The notes under the pieces were generated by a model, which saw only the letters and a list, made by a program, of their open reading frames with translations, did not search any database and was not told the DNA's origin. Below are positions 52,805 through 64,000 of a DNA stretch of 64,000 nucleotides, one piece after another (position 1 is the stretch's first letter; each line of letters starts with the position of its first letter). The translations under genes were made by a program, and so were the position numbers. Source of the DNA: Vicugna vicugna. Taxonomy: Eukaryota. The DNA is taken from assembly GCA_013265495.1 (NCBI GenBank), contig MU058636.1, positions 4,871,741-4,935,740 on the forward strand, in the 5' to 3' direction.

Positions 52805-53234
52805 CAGATCTTCCTCAACTTACGATGGAGTTATGTCCCAATAAACCCATCATAACTTGAAAATACCGTAAGTCAAAAATGCATTTAATACACCTTAACC
52901 TAGCAAACATCACAGCTTAGCCTACCTTAAGTGTGTTCAGAACACTTACATTAGCCTACAGTTGGGCAAAATAGTCTAACACAAGGTCTGTTTTATATTA
53001 AAGTGTTGAATATCTCATGTAATTTGTTAAATACTGTACTGAAAGAGAAAAACAGGATGGTTGTATGGGTCTAGAATGGTTGTAAGTATGCTGGTTGTTA
53101 ACCAGTATGATCTCGTGGCTGTAGCTTGCTTCCATATTCCAGCATCACGAAAGGGTATCATACCCCATATCACTAGCCTGAGAGAAGATTCAAACTCAAA
53201 TCCTAAGTCGAACTATCATCGGTTGGGGACTGTA
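52805..53234 (+). mobile_element. MER47/Tigger5-family non-autonomous DNA transposon
   Basis: Begins CAGATCTTCCTCAACTTACGATGG...AAACCCATC...AATGCATTTAATACACC and ends TAAGTCGAAC...GGGGACTGTA. Confidence 0.75.
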
Positions 53235-54554
53235 TATTCTTCCAAATGTTTTAGAGCTGATAGTTCAGAAGCTATGCATTGGTGTGGCTGTGTTTTTAAA
53301 ATAATAAAATACTTCTATAATGTTTTTATATGGTCACTTCCTGACCCCTTGAGTACTCTCCTTCCTCTTTGGGCACTCCAGCCACTCCCTGTCTCCCTAC
53401 ATACCTTGCTTGTCATCCTTCAATTAAAGGGTGAATGCCTGGCACAGCAGGGAACATACAGCATCCTGCTCAAGCTACAGCCTGTATCTATTCTGATTGG
53501 TCCTTGCCTGTCCTGTGCCACTGCAAATATTTTAAATGTTATCCCTGGAGATTTCTATATAAGCAAATACATCTGATTTTTTCAAGGAGAGAAGGCAGAC
53601 TATAAAACATTATAAATATATATTTCACTATATTAAATTTATATTACAAAGCATATTAAAATTATATTTTTGTAAAATATAAATGTAAAATGAATATATG
53701 AATAAACATATTTCAGACTGATATATAAAAAGTATTAAAAGCATTAAAAGTAGTTTTCTCTGGTGGCATGATTAAGATTGATTTTTTTCCTTTTTAAATC
53801 TTAACTGCATTTCCATATTTCTCTACAATAAACACATTATTTACACGTGTATATGTATATTTTATATATATGTGTATATATATATATATACCTAAACTTG
53901 TTTTACTTCAAGAAATTTAAAAAAAATTTTTTTTTAAGTAATAGCAACAGTTTTCGATAGCTCCATCTGCTGGCTGCTGAATAAAGTTAATTTTCAAATA
54001 TTACTATGTTTTTACTATGGCCAGCACAAGAAATATAATTCCTGTATTAAAACAAAGGATGCTTCTTATATACCTATGAAGAGAAGTATCAGGAGTCAAG
54101 TTAATTTACCTGGAATGAAAAGTGATACAAATTTGTTTTGGTATAGAGTGGGCTATTACCCCATGCACAAAAATAAACTGCTTAGAAACATGACATTGAT
54201 GAATTGGTTTGGTGTTTCTGGCTATCTTACACTGACATGCTGATTTTGTTGACTGCGTAAAATAAAAACATTGATTATGGTTGAATATGGATGTATAGGT
54301 AATATATCATATTGTAGGAATTCAGACAGTTTTGCAGATACGTTTGGAGCTGCAGTCTGAACTCTCCTGTGTCATTCTCATATTTTCAAGTGAAATTGTT
54401 CTGGGTTCCATATCTCTCTATTACTTCCTGAAGCTGAATTGATGATAAATGCTTTCCTAAACACAAATTTCTCTTTAGATGGTAGCAGAAGGTATTATAA
54501 TTTGCATAAAAGTCAATCATCTAGCTTTGGAACTCTTAAAAAAGTAAGATCTAT

Positions 54555-54852
54555 CATTATGCTAAGTGAAATAAGTCATTCAGGAAAAGACAAGTACTGT
54601 ATGATTCCACTTACATGAGGTATCTGAAGTAGTCAAATTCATAGAAACAGAAAATAAAATGGGAGTTACCAGGGACTAGGGGAGAGAGGGAAAGGGGAAT
54701 TGCTGCTTAACGGGTATAGAATCTTAGTTTTGCAAGATGAGAAAGTACCGTAGCTCTGTTTCACAACAATGTAAATACGCTTTACTGAACTGTACACCTA
54801 AAAATGTTACAATGGTAAATTTTATATTTGTTTTACCACATTAAAAAATAAA
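54555..54852 (+). mobile_element. L1MA/L1MB 3' end
   Basis: ttatgctaagtgaaataagtca...gtatgattccacttacatgaggtatctgaagtagtcaaattcatagaaacagaa...ttttaccacattaaaaaa. Confidence 0.85.
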
Positions 54853-56409
54853 GTCTATAATATATATATATTACATTTAATATTTATGTATTATATATTT
54901 TATGTATAACAAATTTGAGAGAACATATTGAAGCAACCGTGCACTGCACTTAGGGTTCCATTTTTCTGATCTCCCACAAGTCAGTATTTCCACAAATTTA
55001 TCGTATATATTTGTGACTTATATGGGGCTTAATTTAAAAAGAGAGTCAAATGTTTGTAAGATGGAATGGGATTTTAAAATTATATACTTTTTAGATTAAC
55101 TGGAGGATGATGAGGTTCACTAAAAAAATTTTCCTGGCTATGGTTCCTTGGACAAATCACTTAGCTATCTGAGTCTTAATTTCTTTATGTAAAATGAATT
55201 GAAAGAGATGATCATTTTAGTGCTCTATGAACCCTAAAATTCTCAAAGTCTTTTCATGGCATCTTTCTAACACTTTTCCTAACCAGCTCTAATATATGTA
55301 AGCAAACTGATAATCAATTTAAAAAGCAACCATCGAGTAACTGAAGGACTATTAGGTACATTTTGTATAAGAAATTACACCTAGTTTGATCTTATAAAAA
55401 GGAAGCCTCCTCTCTATAATGGGTAGATGTGATATGAATGTCTAAAGAACAGACTTGTTAAATATGCATGTATATACAGAATTAATACAGCATCCATACC
55501 CTATTTGGGAAGAATATTGAAATCCTGAGAAAGAATAAGGAATGTTTCCTTTTTTTTGCCCTTTTTAAAAATAGTGAGGTGAACATTTTCTACAAAATAA
55601 AAATAGCATAGGCTGTAAGACTATGGAGAGGAAAAGAAAATTAAGGTGAAGGGTAAATCTACAAATGAAGGAAGTCATGGGCTTAAGCAGCATGGGTGTG
55701 GGAAGGGAGTGAAAAAATAAAGAGCAGTTAAGAAGTAGATAAAAGTGGTTAAGTTAAGTAAAGGAGTCTGGTTGAATTAATTGGGGTAGGCACCCACTTA
55801 GCCACAACCCTACCTAGTCTACAGTAGCAGGAGTGGCCCTATGCCAGACAATTCATTAAAATCAAAATATAAATAAGAGGTTTGGGAGAGAGTTCTCATT
55901 TTTATTCCATTAAGTCATTTGGCCAGATGGTTCTATTACACATTATTTCTAACAATATATAAAGAAATTTTATTTTAGATGAAAATGTGTTTAAAGGAGC
56001 TCATGTATTATTATAAGGATGCTTCTGGTATTAAGTTTAACTCCTTGCTGAGAATTATGGCTAATTCTAGTGGCTAGTCATAATAGTCATTAAATAAATT
56101 CTCATTTACTTTCTTACATATCTGAGCCAATGATATACTTGATATAAATATGAAGTTTAAGATCATTGTTTTATATCAAAATAAAAACCTGAGCCTAAAA
56201 TAACAATATACATACTATACTATATGTGTATAACACTGTGAATGTATGTCTATACATAAATGTTTATGCATATGTATTTAAATACATGCACTTCAACTGG
56301 TATTGTCATACTTCTTAACAAACTTCAACAGTTGCAAAGAATACATGATGAAACAATGTTGGCTATTTATTACAAGTTGTTAAAAAAAATAGCATTTTGA
56401 TTCCAGGGT

Positions 56410-56712
56410 TACTGGCTATGCTGTTCACAAGAGGAAGCCACTAGCCACACATACTTTTGAGCACTTGAACCATGGCTAGTGGGAATTGAGATGTGCTTTA
56501 AGTGTAAAATTCACAAGATGAACAAAAGAATGTAAATTATCTCATTAATAAAATATTATATTGCTCCCATGTGCAAATGACAATATTTCAGATTTACTGT
56601 TTTACATAAAATATTATTAAAATTAATTTTACTGGTTTCTTTTCACTTTTTCAAGTTGGAAGATTTTAAGTTGCATACACGATTCATATCATATTTCTGT
56701 TGGATAGAGTGG
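56410..56712. mobile_element. MER33/MER3-like (hAT-Charlie) element
   Basis: agccactagccacac...ttgagcacttgaa...ggctagtg...gatgtgctttaagtgtaaaat...catatttctgttggatag. Confidence 0.7.
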
Positions 56713-58619
56713 ATTTAGAGTGTAAATAAATGCAGTTTCCTCCCATTAACCATTGCAGGCCCATGGATTGCACACACTGCTGAGTGCTGGCCATAGAGTC
56801 CTGCGCAGTGCATTCAGGAATTCTCAGCCTGCAGCTCAGATCCTGTCAGTCATAATGATGAACTATGCTGTTTAACTCCCAAGGAAACCAAGACTAGCAA
56901 GTCTGTATATTTACCCAAATGATCTTTGCTAACACACACACACATATAACCCCAAAGATCCCAGAGAGTTCTTCGGGAAAAAAAAAAAAAAGAAAGGTAA
57001 GAATTTCAGTATAATGTATGCATAGGCGATTGGGAGTAATGTTGATTATCAGGTAAGAAGATGATACAAAACTCTTTAAGATACTAAATGTACTTAACAA
57101 GATAAGAACTCTAAAACAATGTTTAAAAAGAAAGTCAGCAGGAAACTGTCTTGGCTCACGTTTGCTGGCTGCGGCATTGAACTGTATTATGAGGTAGAGG
57201 TCATCTCAGAACCCTTCTTCTAATTTCTCTTTGTGGCATCCTTCCCCTTCTAGCTTTTCTCCCTGTTTGGAAATCCCAGCACCTTTCTTGGCCCTGTCTC
57301 TTTTATCTACCTCTCTCCACGGAAAGGAAAATAATCTTGTGTTAGTGTAAAGCCTGTCAAAGTGTGGGCTGACAGATGCATGCAATGCGCATAAATTCGC
57401 CAGGTGACTTTGAGACCCTTCTGCTCCACTCCAGTTGAGACCCACTGCCCTGAGACTGCCGATGAATGTGGCACTCTTCTAGGAGTATTTGCATTTTAAG
57501 GACGGTCACAGGATGGGCACAGTGCTTAATACAGGGGATTAATCATGGAAGGAGGAATTATAGGTACCAGCAGTTGAGTTTTGGGTGAGGGTGGCGGTGA
57601 AGAGCCCGGTGATGGCAGTGTCACAAACAGGGGTCTGCCTTTAGGGTTTTGGAGAAGACCGCTCCAGTCTTTCACCTCTTGCTTAATGCCTACAACATCA
57701 CAAAGGGAATTTCTATTCCGCTTGATCTCTGCTGACAGATACGAATGGGCTAGTGAGTTACCTTTTTCAAGTAATGCAACCACATGCCAACATGTTTTCT
57801 GGAGATCCAATACCTTAACCCAAAGAATTACTAGTGGGAATTTCAGCAATGTTGTAGGCTGGTGGGAGTCATGTTGTTAGCCTTTGGGAAGTACCTTGAA
57901 TTACACCAAATAAGTAACAGCCTATATCTAGGAAGAGCTCAGTCTCCTCATTTACTAACTAGCTGCCCAGCATGCTGTACTATGTATGATAAATGTTTTA
58001 CTGCATTTTGGAGTGAAATGATAAATGTGAAAGTAAAATGATGTATTTGTTTTGATTAGAGGTGGCCTTTCAGAAATTCTCTTATGTCTCCCCCTGTTTT
58101 ATACATGGATACAGTTTCTCATAACTCAGTTTACTTCCAGTGCATTTTAAAAGTGCATTTTAAAAGACTTATTTGTGTTATTCATATACTTGAATGAACA
58201 TAATCACAAACTCTAAGTACTATATTTCTAGAGGAGCACATTCATATAGCCTTCTATTTTCTTTTTAACCTGGAAATTACTTTCTTTCAAATGGTATAAA
58301 GTTGAAATTCTAGACCCTCTAGAGACAATTTTCCAGCATACACCTGCTGATACACCACCTACCATGTCCTACAAGGTCCAAGCCCCACAGATAAGGTAGG
58401 GAGAATAGCCAAGTATATATGATTTCTGGTGTGGAATAACAAGGATTTCAGAAACCATGCTTTAGTGAGGCTGTATTCAAAATGTAATCGGGTGATGTAG
58501 GTGCTTTTAGGGTTGTTCATACTAACTATGTGCATTTCTGATGTCTTCCAATTTACTAATCCCCTTAACCTCAGCTTTAGACCCTATAAAAAAAATCCTA
58601 ATAACTCAAATATGAGTAT

Positions 58620-59122
58620 TGTGGTAGGCAGAATAAGAACTCCCAAAGATGTCTATGTCTTGTGTCCCAGAACCTGTGAATATGTTAGGTTACATGGCGA
58701 AGGGAAATTAAGGCTACAGATCAAATTAAGGTTACTAATCATTTGACCTTATATTAGACAGATTGTCCTGGATTATTCAGGTGGGTCTGATGTAATCAGA
58801 AGGCATTAAAACTGAATGAAGGAGGAAAAAGGGAGTCAGTGAAAGATGTGACAATGGAAACAGGGTCAGAGAGATGCTGCTGTGCTGACTGTGAGGATGG
58901 AGAAGAGGAGGACCAGAGCTAAGGAAATGTGGTCAGCCTCTGAAAGATGGAAAAGGGAAGAAAATAGATTCTCTCCTAGATCTTCCAGAAAGGAATGCAG
59001 CTGTGCCAACCTCTTGATTTTAGCCCAGTGAAACTTGTGTCAGTCCTCTGAACCACAGAAGTGTGAGGCTATGTATGTGTACTGTTTATTAATAATCTGT
59101 TTACAGTAGCAATAGCAATAGT
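58620..59122 (+). mobile_element. MLT1D-like MaLR solo LTR
   Basis: tgtggtaggcagaataa...cccagaacctgtgaatatgttaggttacatggc...ttccagaaaggaatgcagc...ttgattttagcccagtgaaac. Confidence 0.85.
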
Positions 59123-59570
59123 TTCCTATTCAGGTAGTGACAGGATTTGTGGTTCTTTATAATTAAAGATAATTCTCTAACCAAGTCTGTATAATCAGCA
59201 TTTTTTTCATCATTCCCATATAATTTCTCTTTCAGAGGGTAGATAGAGTTCACAACTGATTTTTGAATGGTGTATGTTAACTTTTAAATTATGCCACATC
59301 CAATTATATAGCTCCTGATGAATTATAACTTGGACTTTTATTTTTATCAGATGTCTTAAGTTCATAGAAAAACTGAGAGGAAGGTACAGAGATTTCCCAT
59401 ATACAGCCTACCTCCACATTTGGTTGTTTTTTTAAAGCTTTAAACAGAGAAGCCTATTTTTCTTTTAATATCTACTTCAGATTCCAGTTTTCCTTAACAC
59501 TGTTGCTTTAAATGAAGGTTTATATTACTGATTTGTGTAAACCCATTTGCTGTTGTATAAAACATAGGTT

Positions 59571-59598
59571 TGTTGTTGTTGTTGTTGTTGTTGTTGTT
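59571..59598. repeat. (GTT)n microsatellite
   Basis: About nine tandem TGT/GTT units. Confidence 0.9.
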
Positions 59599-60159
59599 AG
59601 CAAAAATAATTCATTGAGGCCTTAAATTTTTCCCCCCTCTCTCCCTCCAAATAGTAATCGCCACATCAACTTTTAACACACTCCCCCACAGCTGCAAGAC
59701 GGAGGAGCGGCACCTCCTGGAGGTGAAGGAGGTTAGAAACCCACCTCCTGGAAGGCGTCCTTGTGGTCTTCTGATTATTTCTCCCTCCAATAAGGACAAC
59801 TGTGATAAAACGAATGAATGGAATGCTTTGTTACAGGTGGAATTACAATGTCCCTCCCCCTACCCGCCGCGTAAACAATACCTCAAAATGGGAAAGCTGT
59901 GGGATTAAGTGAAGACGTAACATACACAGTACAGAAAACAGAAAAAAGCTATTTTATGGCATTTTGAGATGACTAGGTCAGAGTCACCGAGTAAGGAGCA
60001 AAGTAGTTAACACCAATTTCATTTAGACAGCACAACATTAGGCCTCAATTTCAGTGTTTTTAAAAATGCCCAACTTTTATAACAAAAGTTAGAGATACGT
60101 AACAATTTATATGATTTTTCGGCAAAAGTTAGGAAGCCTTAGGGGCAGAGAAAGCATTG

Positions 60160-61330
60160 ACACCACAGCGGCCACAGCGGCCACAGCGCCGGCGTGCCCG
60201 TTTGGCTGCGTGCGCGCGCGACGGGAGGGGCGGGGCGAAGCGGAATCCGGCGCGCGCGCGCACGGGGCGGGGCGGAGGGGAGTCTGGCGGGTCGGCAGGC
60301 GCGCGAGCAGCTGTCTGGTCGGTAGGGGGCGCTGCTCACCCACGCGGCGCTCTGCCTGCCCCCGGGTGCTGTCCGCGGCGGTTCGATTGGAGCAGCCGCC
60401 GAAGAGCGCTTGGCGCCATTTTGAAGCGGAGAGGAGGAGGAACGGCAGGGCTGGCTGCGGAAGGGGAGGGGGGGTGGAGGCGATTGGATGCGGCGGCGGC
60501 GGCGGATCCCGGAGAGCAGCGGAGTGAGAGGAGTAGCGAGTCGCACACCCGGAGGTAGGGAATAATTCAGTTAACGGAAAGAATGTCTCTCCTCTCTGGT
60601 CACCAAGCTCTGTTTTTCAGCGCCCGCCACCGCGGCTGTGTCTGTGGCGGGGCTCAAGCGCCGCCCGCCTGCCAGCCGGGACTCTCCTCCCGGCATCGGG
60701 GGCTGCAGCCGCCGGCTGCCTGGCGGCGGTGGGACCGGGAAGAGGGGCGCGGGCCGGGCTGCGCGGTGGGGGTGGGGTGGGCCCCACGGCCGGCACGCTC
60801 CCTCCACGCCGCGGGCTCAGCAGCAGCCTCTGGAAATTAAACTTGCCGCCCTGGCTCGGCCGCGGCACCCGCGGCCGGGCGAGGGCGGCGGGCGGCGGGC
60901 GGTGACCTTGCGCGAGGCCGGCCGGCGGCTGTTTCCCGGGCGGCAGGCGGGCGGCGCGGCGCTCCTGTTGAATCCTCCCGCGGGCGGGTTTTCCCCCTTC
61001 CGGGCGAGGGGCGGGAGCGCGGGTCCCGGCCGACTCCGGGGCGGTGTGCGGGCCTCGGCGTCCTCGCCCCCGCTGCCCGGTCCCCCGCGCTGCGCCCGCG
61101 CAGCCTGCGCTCCGGCCGACGACAACGGGCCGATAGAGTGACATTTTTATACTGTTACTTGCCAGTCACCGGGGATAAAGCGTGCTCACCGCGCCTCTTG
61201 GAGCTAGTGCTGGGGGCACCCGAGGACCGAGTTGAGGAAGAGCCCAGAGCGGGCCGAAGTGGCTCCTCCCCGGCGACCCCTGGGTTCTGGCTTTCCTGTA
61301 GGAAGCCTGGGAGATGGGACGACAATGCCA
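60160..61330. promoter_or_regulatory. PDS5B: CpG island / PDS5B promoter
   Basis: Very GC- and CpG-rich. GC boxes GGGGCGGGG at about 60227 and 60264-60273, inverted CCAAT (GATTGG) at 60385 and 60482, YY1 CGCCATTTTG at 60414-60423. Confidence 0.9.
60410..60554 (+). other. PDS5B: PDS5B non-coding exon 1 (5' end approximate); intron 1 runs to the window end
   Basis: GGCGGCGGCGGATCCCGGAGAG...GAGTAGCGAGTCG...CCCGGAG|gtaggg matches my recollection of the mammalian PDS5B 5'UTR. It fits the conserved N4BP2L2-PDS5B divergent gene order. No PDS5B coding sequence is in the window. Confidence 0.8.
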
Positions 61331-64000
61331 ACGGCGTGCAACTGTGTAGTTGACATTTTTGCAGTCTGTTATCTTAGTGACATCTGAAAAGTTTCTGGTC
61401 GGGAGAAGCTTGTTGGTGGTTTTTTTTTGTTTTGTTTTGTTTTTTTGCTGCTATTGCCCTTTGGTGTATACGTTAAAGCTGCGCTAAGCGGCGGTACAGT
61501 TATTCGAGGGAATGAGTCTGAACCCTGAAACGCTGCACCTCGTCGTCTTCAAATTGCCTGTTCCTGCGTTCTTTTGCCGCCCGTATAAACTCGGCGAAGG
61601 GTTTCAAAGAGCAGGTCCCTATCCACTTAACAAACGTTTTAAGCATCCTAACCCCTAAAGGGGACCTTTTATTTGACTTTGAAGAACGTACTGTGAACGC
61701 TCTTTTCACAGTTTTATTGTGAAATGATGGATGGGCAGTACTGTCCTGAACGACCCCACCAACCCTGTTTATTAAACCATTTCCGAAACTTTGGATATAG
61801 CCTTTAATTTCGAAGGTTGGTCTGGGGTCTTGAGTGAGTGCGTCTTCTACTGTTTTCTTACTAGTCCTTAAAAATTCAAGTGTGTTTATGTATAGGAGGC
61901 GACCTATAAATAAATCACAATTATTTAAAACTTGAGTGGCAATGTAATCATTGCCCTCAGTTAACACGTAAAGTTCCAAGACTGGGCATAGAACATTTTC
62001 TATACTACCTCATGTAGTATCAAGTAAAATAGTTAAAAACACAAAAATGATGTTAAGCAAAATAAGGACTAGTAAGGACACTTATCAATGCAGTTCATAT
62101 GTCAGAGATGTTAGCATTTTTAGGGACAATAAAATGGGCATTTCCATGATGCATGCAGGTTAGTTGGTAGAACAATCTTGTATCACCTGGTATAGCAGAA
62201 AACCTAATTACAATTTGTAGTGGTGAATATGTAGGTTAAAGTTTCAACGTGGAACTTCTTGTGGTAAAACAGGTTTATTCCGAAAAACAACTATTAAAAA
62301 ATCGTTGTCATAATGTTCTTTCGAAATAAATTTACCAATGTATACAGAAAAGGTGCGCTTTAGACTTTATTTGATTACTGAAGTAGTGTGTGTGTGTATA
62401 TATATATATATTTTTTTTTTTGGGCCTTTTGGACTGTTTAAAAAAATTATCCTCTGGGTTTTACTTGAAGGTCTGAATATTTTAAATAACAAAGCAGTGT
62501 TTGTACTTTTTTTTATATATATAACTTTTGGGCCCTTTCTTATTTTCTCCTTTTTTTTTCTGTTGAGATTGATTCTCCTTACGTTAACTCTGTTTTTACA
62601 GCAGTTTTTGTACAAGTTTTTGTACTCTTCTGTCACTTTCATTCCTGTTTGGTATGCCTTTCTTTTCCCTCACTTTTCCCAAGAGTTAGAGGAGATAATG
62701 TGATGATAGTGGTTCTTGTTGTCATGGGATGTTTTGTATGAAGCTTATTTGACATATATTTCTACATGAGTTGGCTATCAAATAAGTTTTGATTTTAAAA
62801 TTTGTATTAAAAGTGTTTTGCAGCTTTAACAGTCACAAAGAGTTAGGTTTTGAGGACTAGGCTTTATCAATAATTTGTTAAGCCTAAAGTAAAGTATTAG
62901 ACAGAGGTGGCCCCGGTGAAGAGTGAAATGGTAGACTATACCCAGAACTTTGTGAGAAGGGAAAAATTTGGGGAGATTGTGCTCTTTTTGCTTCTCCCTC
63001 TTGGAGAATTAAGATTGTCCTGTGGCTTCCTCAGGGCTACGTTTTTTTTATCACATATACCTAGAACTAACAAGAGAGTACACGGTGAGTTGGCTGACAA
63101 GTGTTGTATATTGGAAAAGAATAAATTTGTGTTTCCTTGTTAGTGTTAGAGAGCTGCAAGGAAACTTCAGTGATCTCCAACTCATGTATATGCTTGAGAA
63201 ATTAGGTTCAGATTGTAATTTGATTTATCCAAAGTCACAGTCATGTTCCTGTGGTGGAATTGGGGCAGCCCTGAGATATCCTGGAGGTTTAGAAGCATCT
63301 ACATTGTCTGTATTGTTTTATTCAGAGCTTAAGTAATATTTAAAATTATTGCCAAATGGCGTATTGTTCTCTATCTCCTTCTCCCCTTTTCTTTTCATTC
63401 ATTCAGCCAAGAAATAAAGTTTTGAGGTTAACCATCTGTTTCAGAGTTGGATTTTAATAATTTCTTTCCAGGATTCAGTCCACCTTCGTTGTCTCAGAAG
63501 ATAACCTCTTGTATGTTTCTGTCTTTTGGAGGTGCTTGGTCTTTCATTGTGACAGTACTTGAGAAGGCATTTACTTCTTTGTTAAACTTGTAAGCCAGAG
63601 TAATTTGGAAGTTAGTATTGCACTTTATTTTGTTATAAGATGTATGTGTGTATGAGTGTGCATTTTTTTACTTTTAAACTCAATTTGCTGCACAAGTCAT
63701 TTGTCACTTCCAATTACAATAGGTGGTAGGAGAAAACTGTTTGTTTTGAGTATTCCTGTTTAGAAGGGTTAAAAATTCCAAAAATACTTAGTTTAAAAAT
63801 AAACCCAATAACTTCTCGGAGGACATATTTACTTTTTAATCTTATTTAATGAGCTGCCAAATGGTTTGAAATTCTGACATCTTGGAGTGGAGGTCAGCTC
63901 TTCCACACTCTCCTGTTATGAACCACCTGATTAGCACCATTTCCCCCAATACTTGAAAAAGTATTTTATAACCTTTTCTCACTAATTAGTTCAAAATTAA

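Noticed and set aside
53061..53576. 171-aa plus-strand ORF
   Set aside because: It starts within the MER47/Tigger5 element at a non-ATG codon, has no recognisable domain, and lacks splice support.
58139..58166. Short tandem duplication AGTGCATTTTAAA x2 (similar ones near 3298-3322 and 20921-20956)
   Set aside because: Ordinary slippage duplications with only two units and no spacer structure. Nothing CRISPR-like occurs anywhere in the window.
39030..60410. Shared bidirectional promoter for N4BP2L2 and PDS5B
   Set aside because: The two TSS regions are about 21 kb apart, each with its own motif set.
60107..61353. Many overlapping 70-175 aa ORFs on both strands
   Set aside because: Arg/Pro/Gly/Ala-rich ORFs are expected from stop-codon scarcity in a CpG island. 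None resembles a known protein, and PDS5B coding starts in a later exon.
61500..61979. 159-aa minus-strand ORF in PDS5B intron 1
   Set aside because: Non-ATG start and no recognisable homology. It lies in the CpG-island shore antisense to PDS5B.

Overview
Mammalian genomic DNA, most likely camelid because it carries two Vic-1-type tRNA-derived SINEs. The minus strand carries N4BP2L2. It has a non-coding exon 1 at about 38.86-39.03 kb and five coding exons (37497-36254, 30047-29923, 26206-26118, 25728-25652, 23061-22860) that splice in frame to a 578-aa P-loop protein. An internal donor at 22915 serves the longer isoform, whose remaining exons lie left of the window. The plus strand carries the CpG-island promoter and non-coding exon 1 of PDS5B (about 60.4-60.55 kb), facing away from N4BP2L2. 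The rest is intron or intergenic DNA with L1, L2, MIR, MaLR/ERV LTRs, Tigger/MER DNA transposons and a truncated U6 retrocopy. The most notable observations are: (1) back-splicing of N4BP2L2 exons 3-6 would give a 438-nt circle with a stop-free, endlessly repeating reading frame; (2) three clustered exon-1 donors would switch between no extra AUG, an in-frame N-terminal extension and an overlapping uORF; (3) there are several candidate poison micro-exons; (4) an exon-like, TE-poor block at 43.2-46.4 kb may be a decayed gene; (5) an ERV solo LTR and a MaLR provirus keep perfect TSDs; (6) there are two fold-back templated-insertion scars. No prokaryotic-type system such as CRISPR is present. Repeat family names were assigned by eye and their boundaries are approximate unless a TSD or TIR is given.
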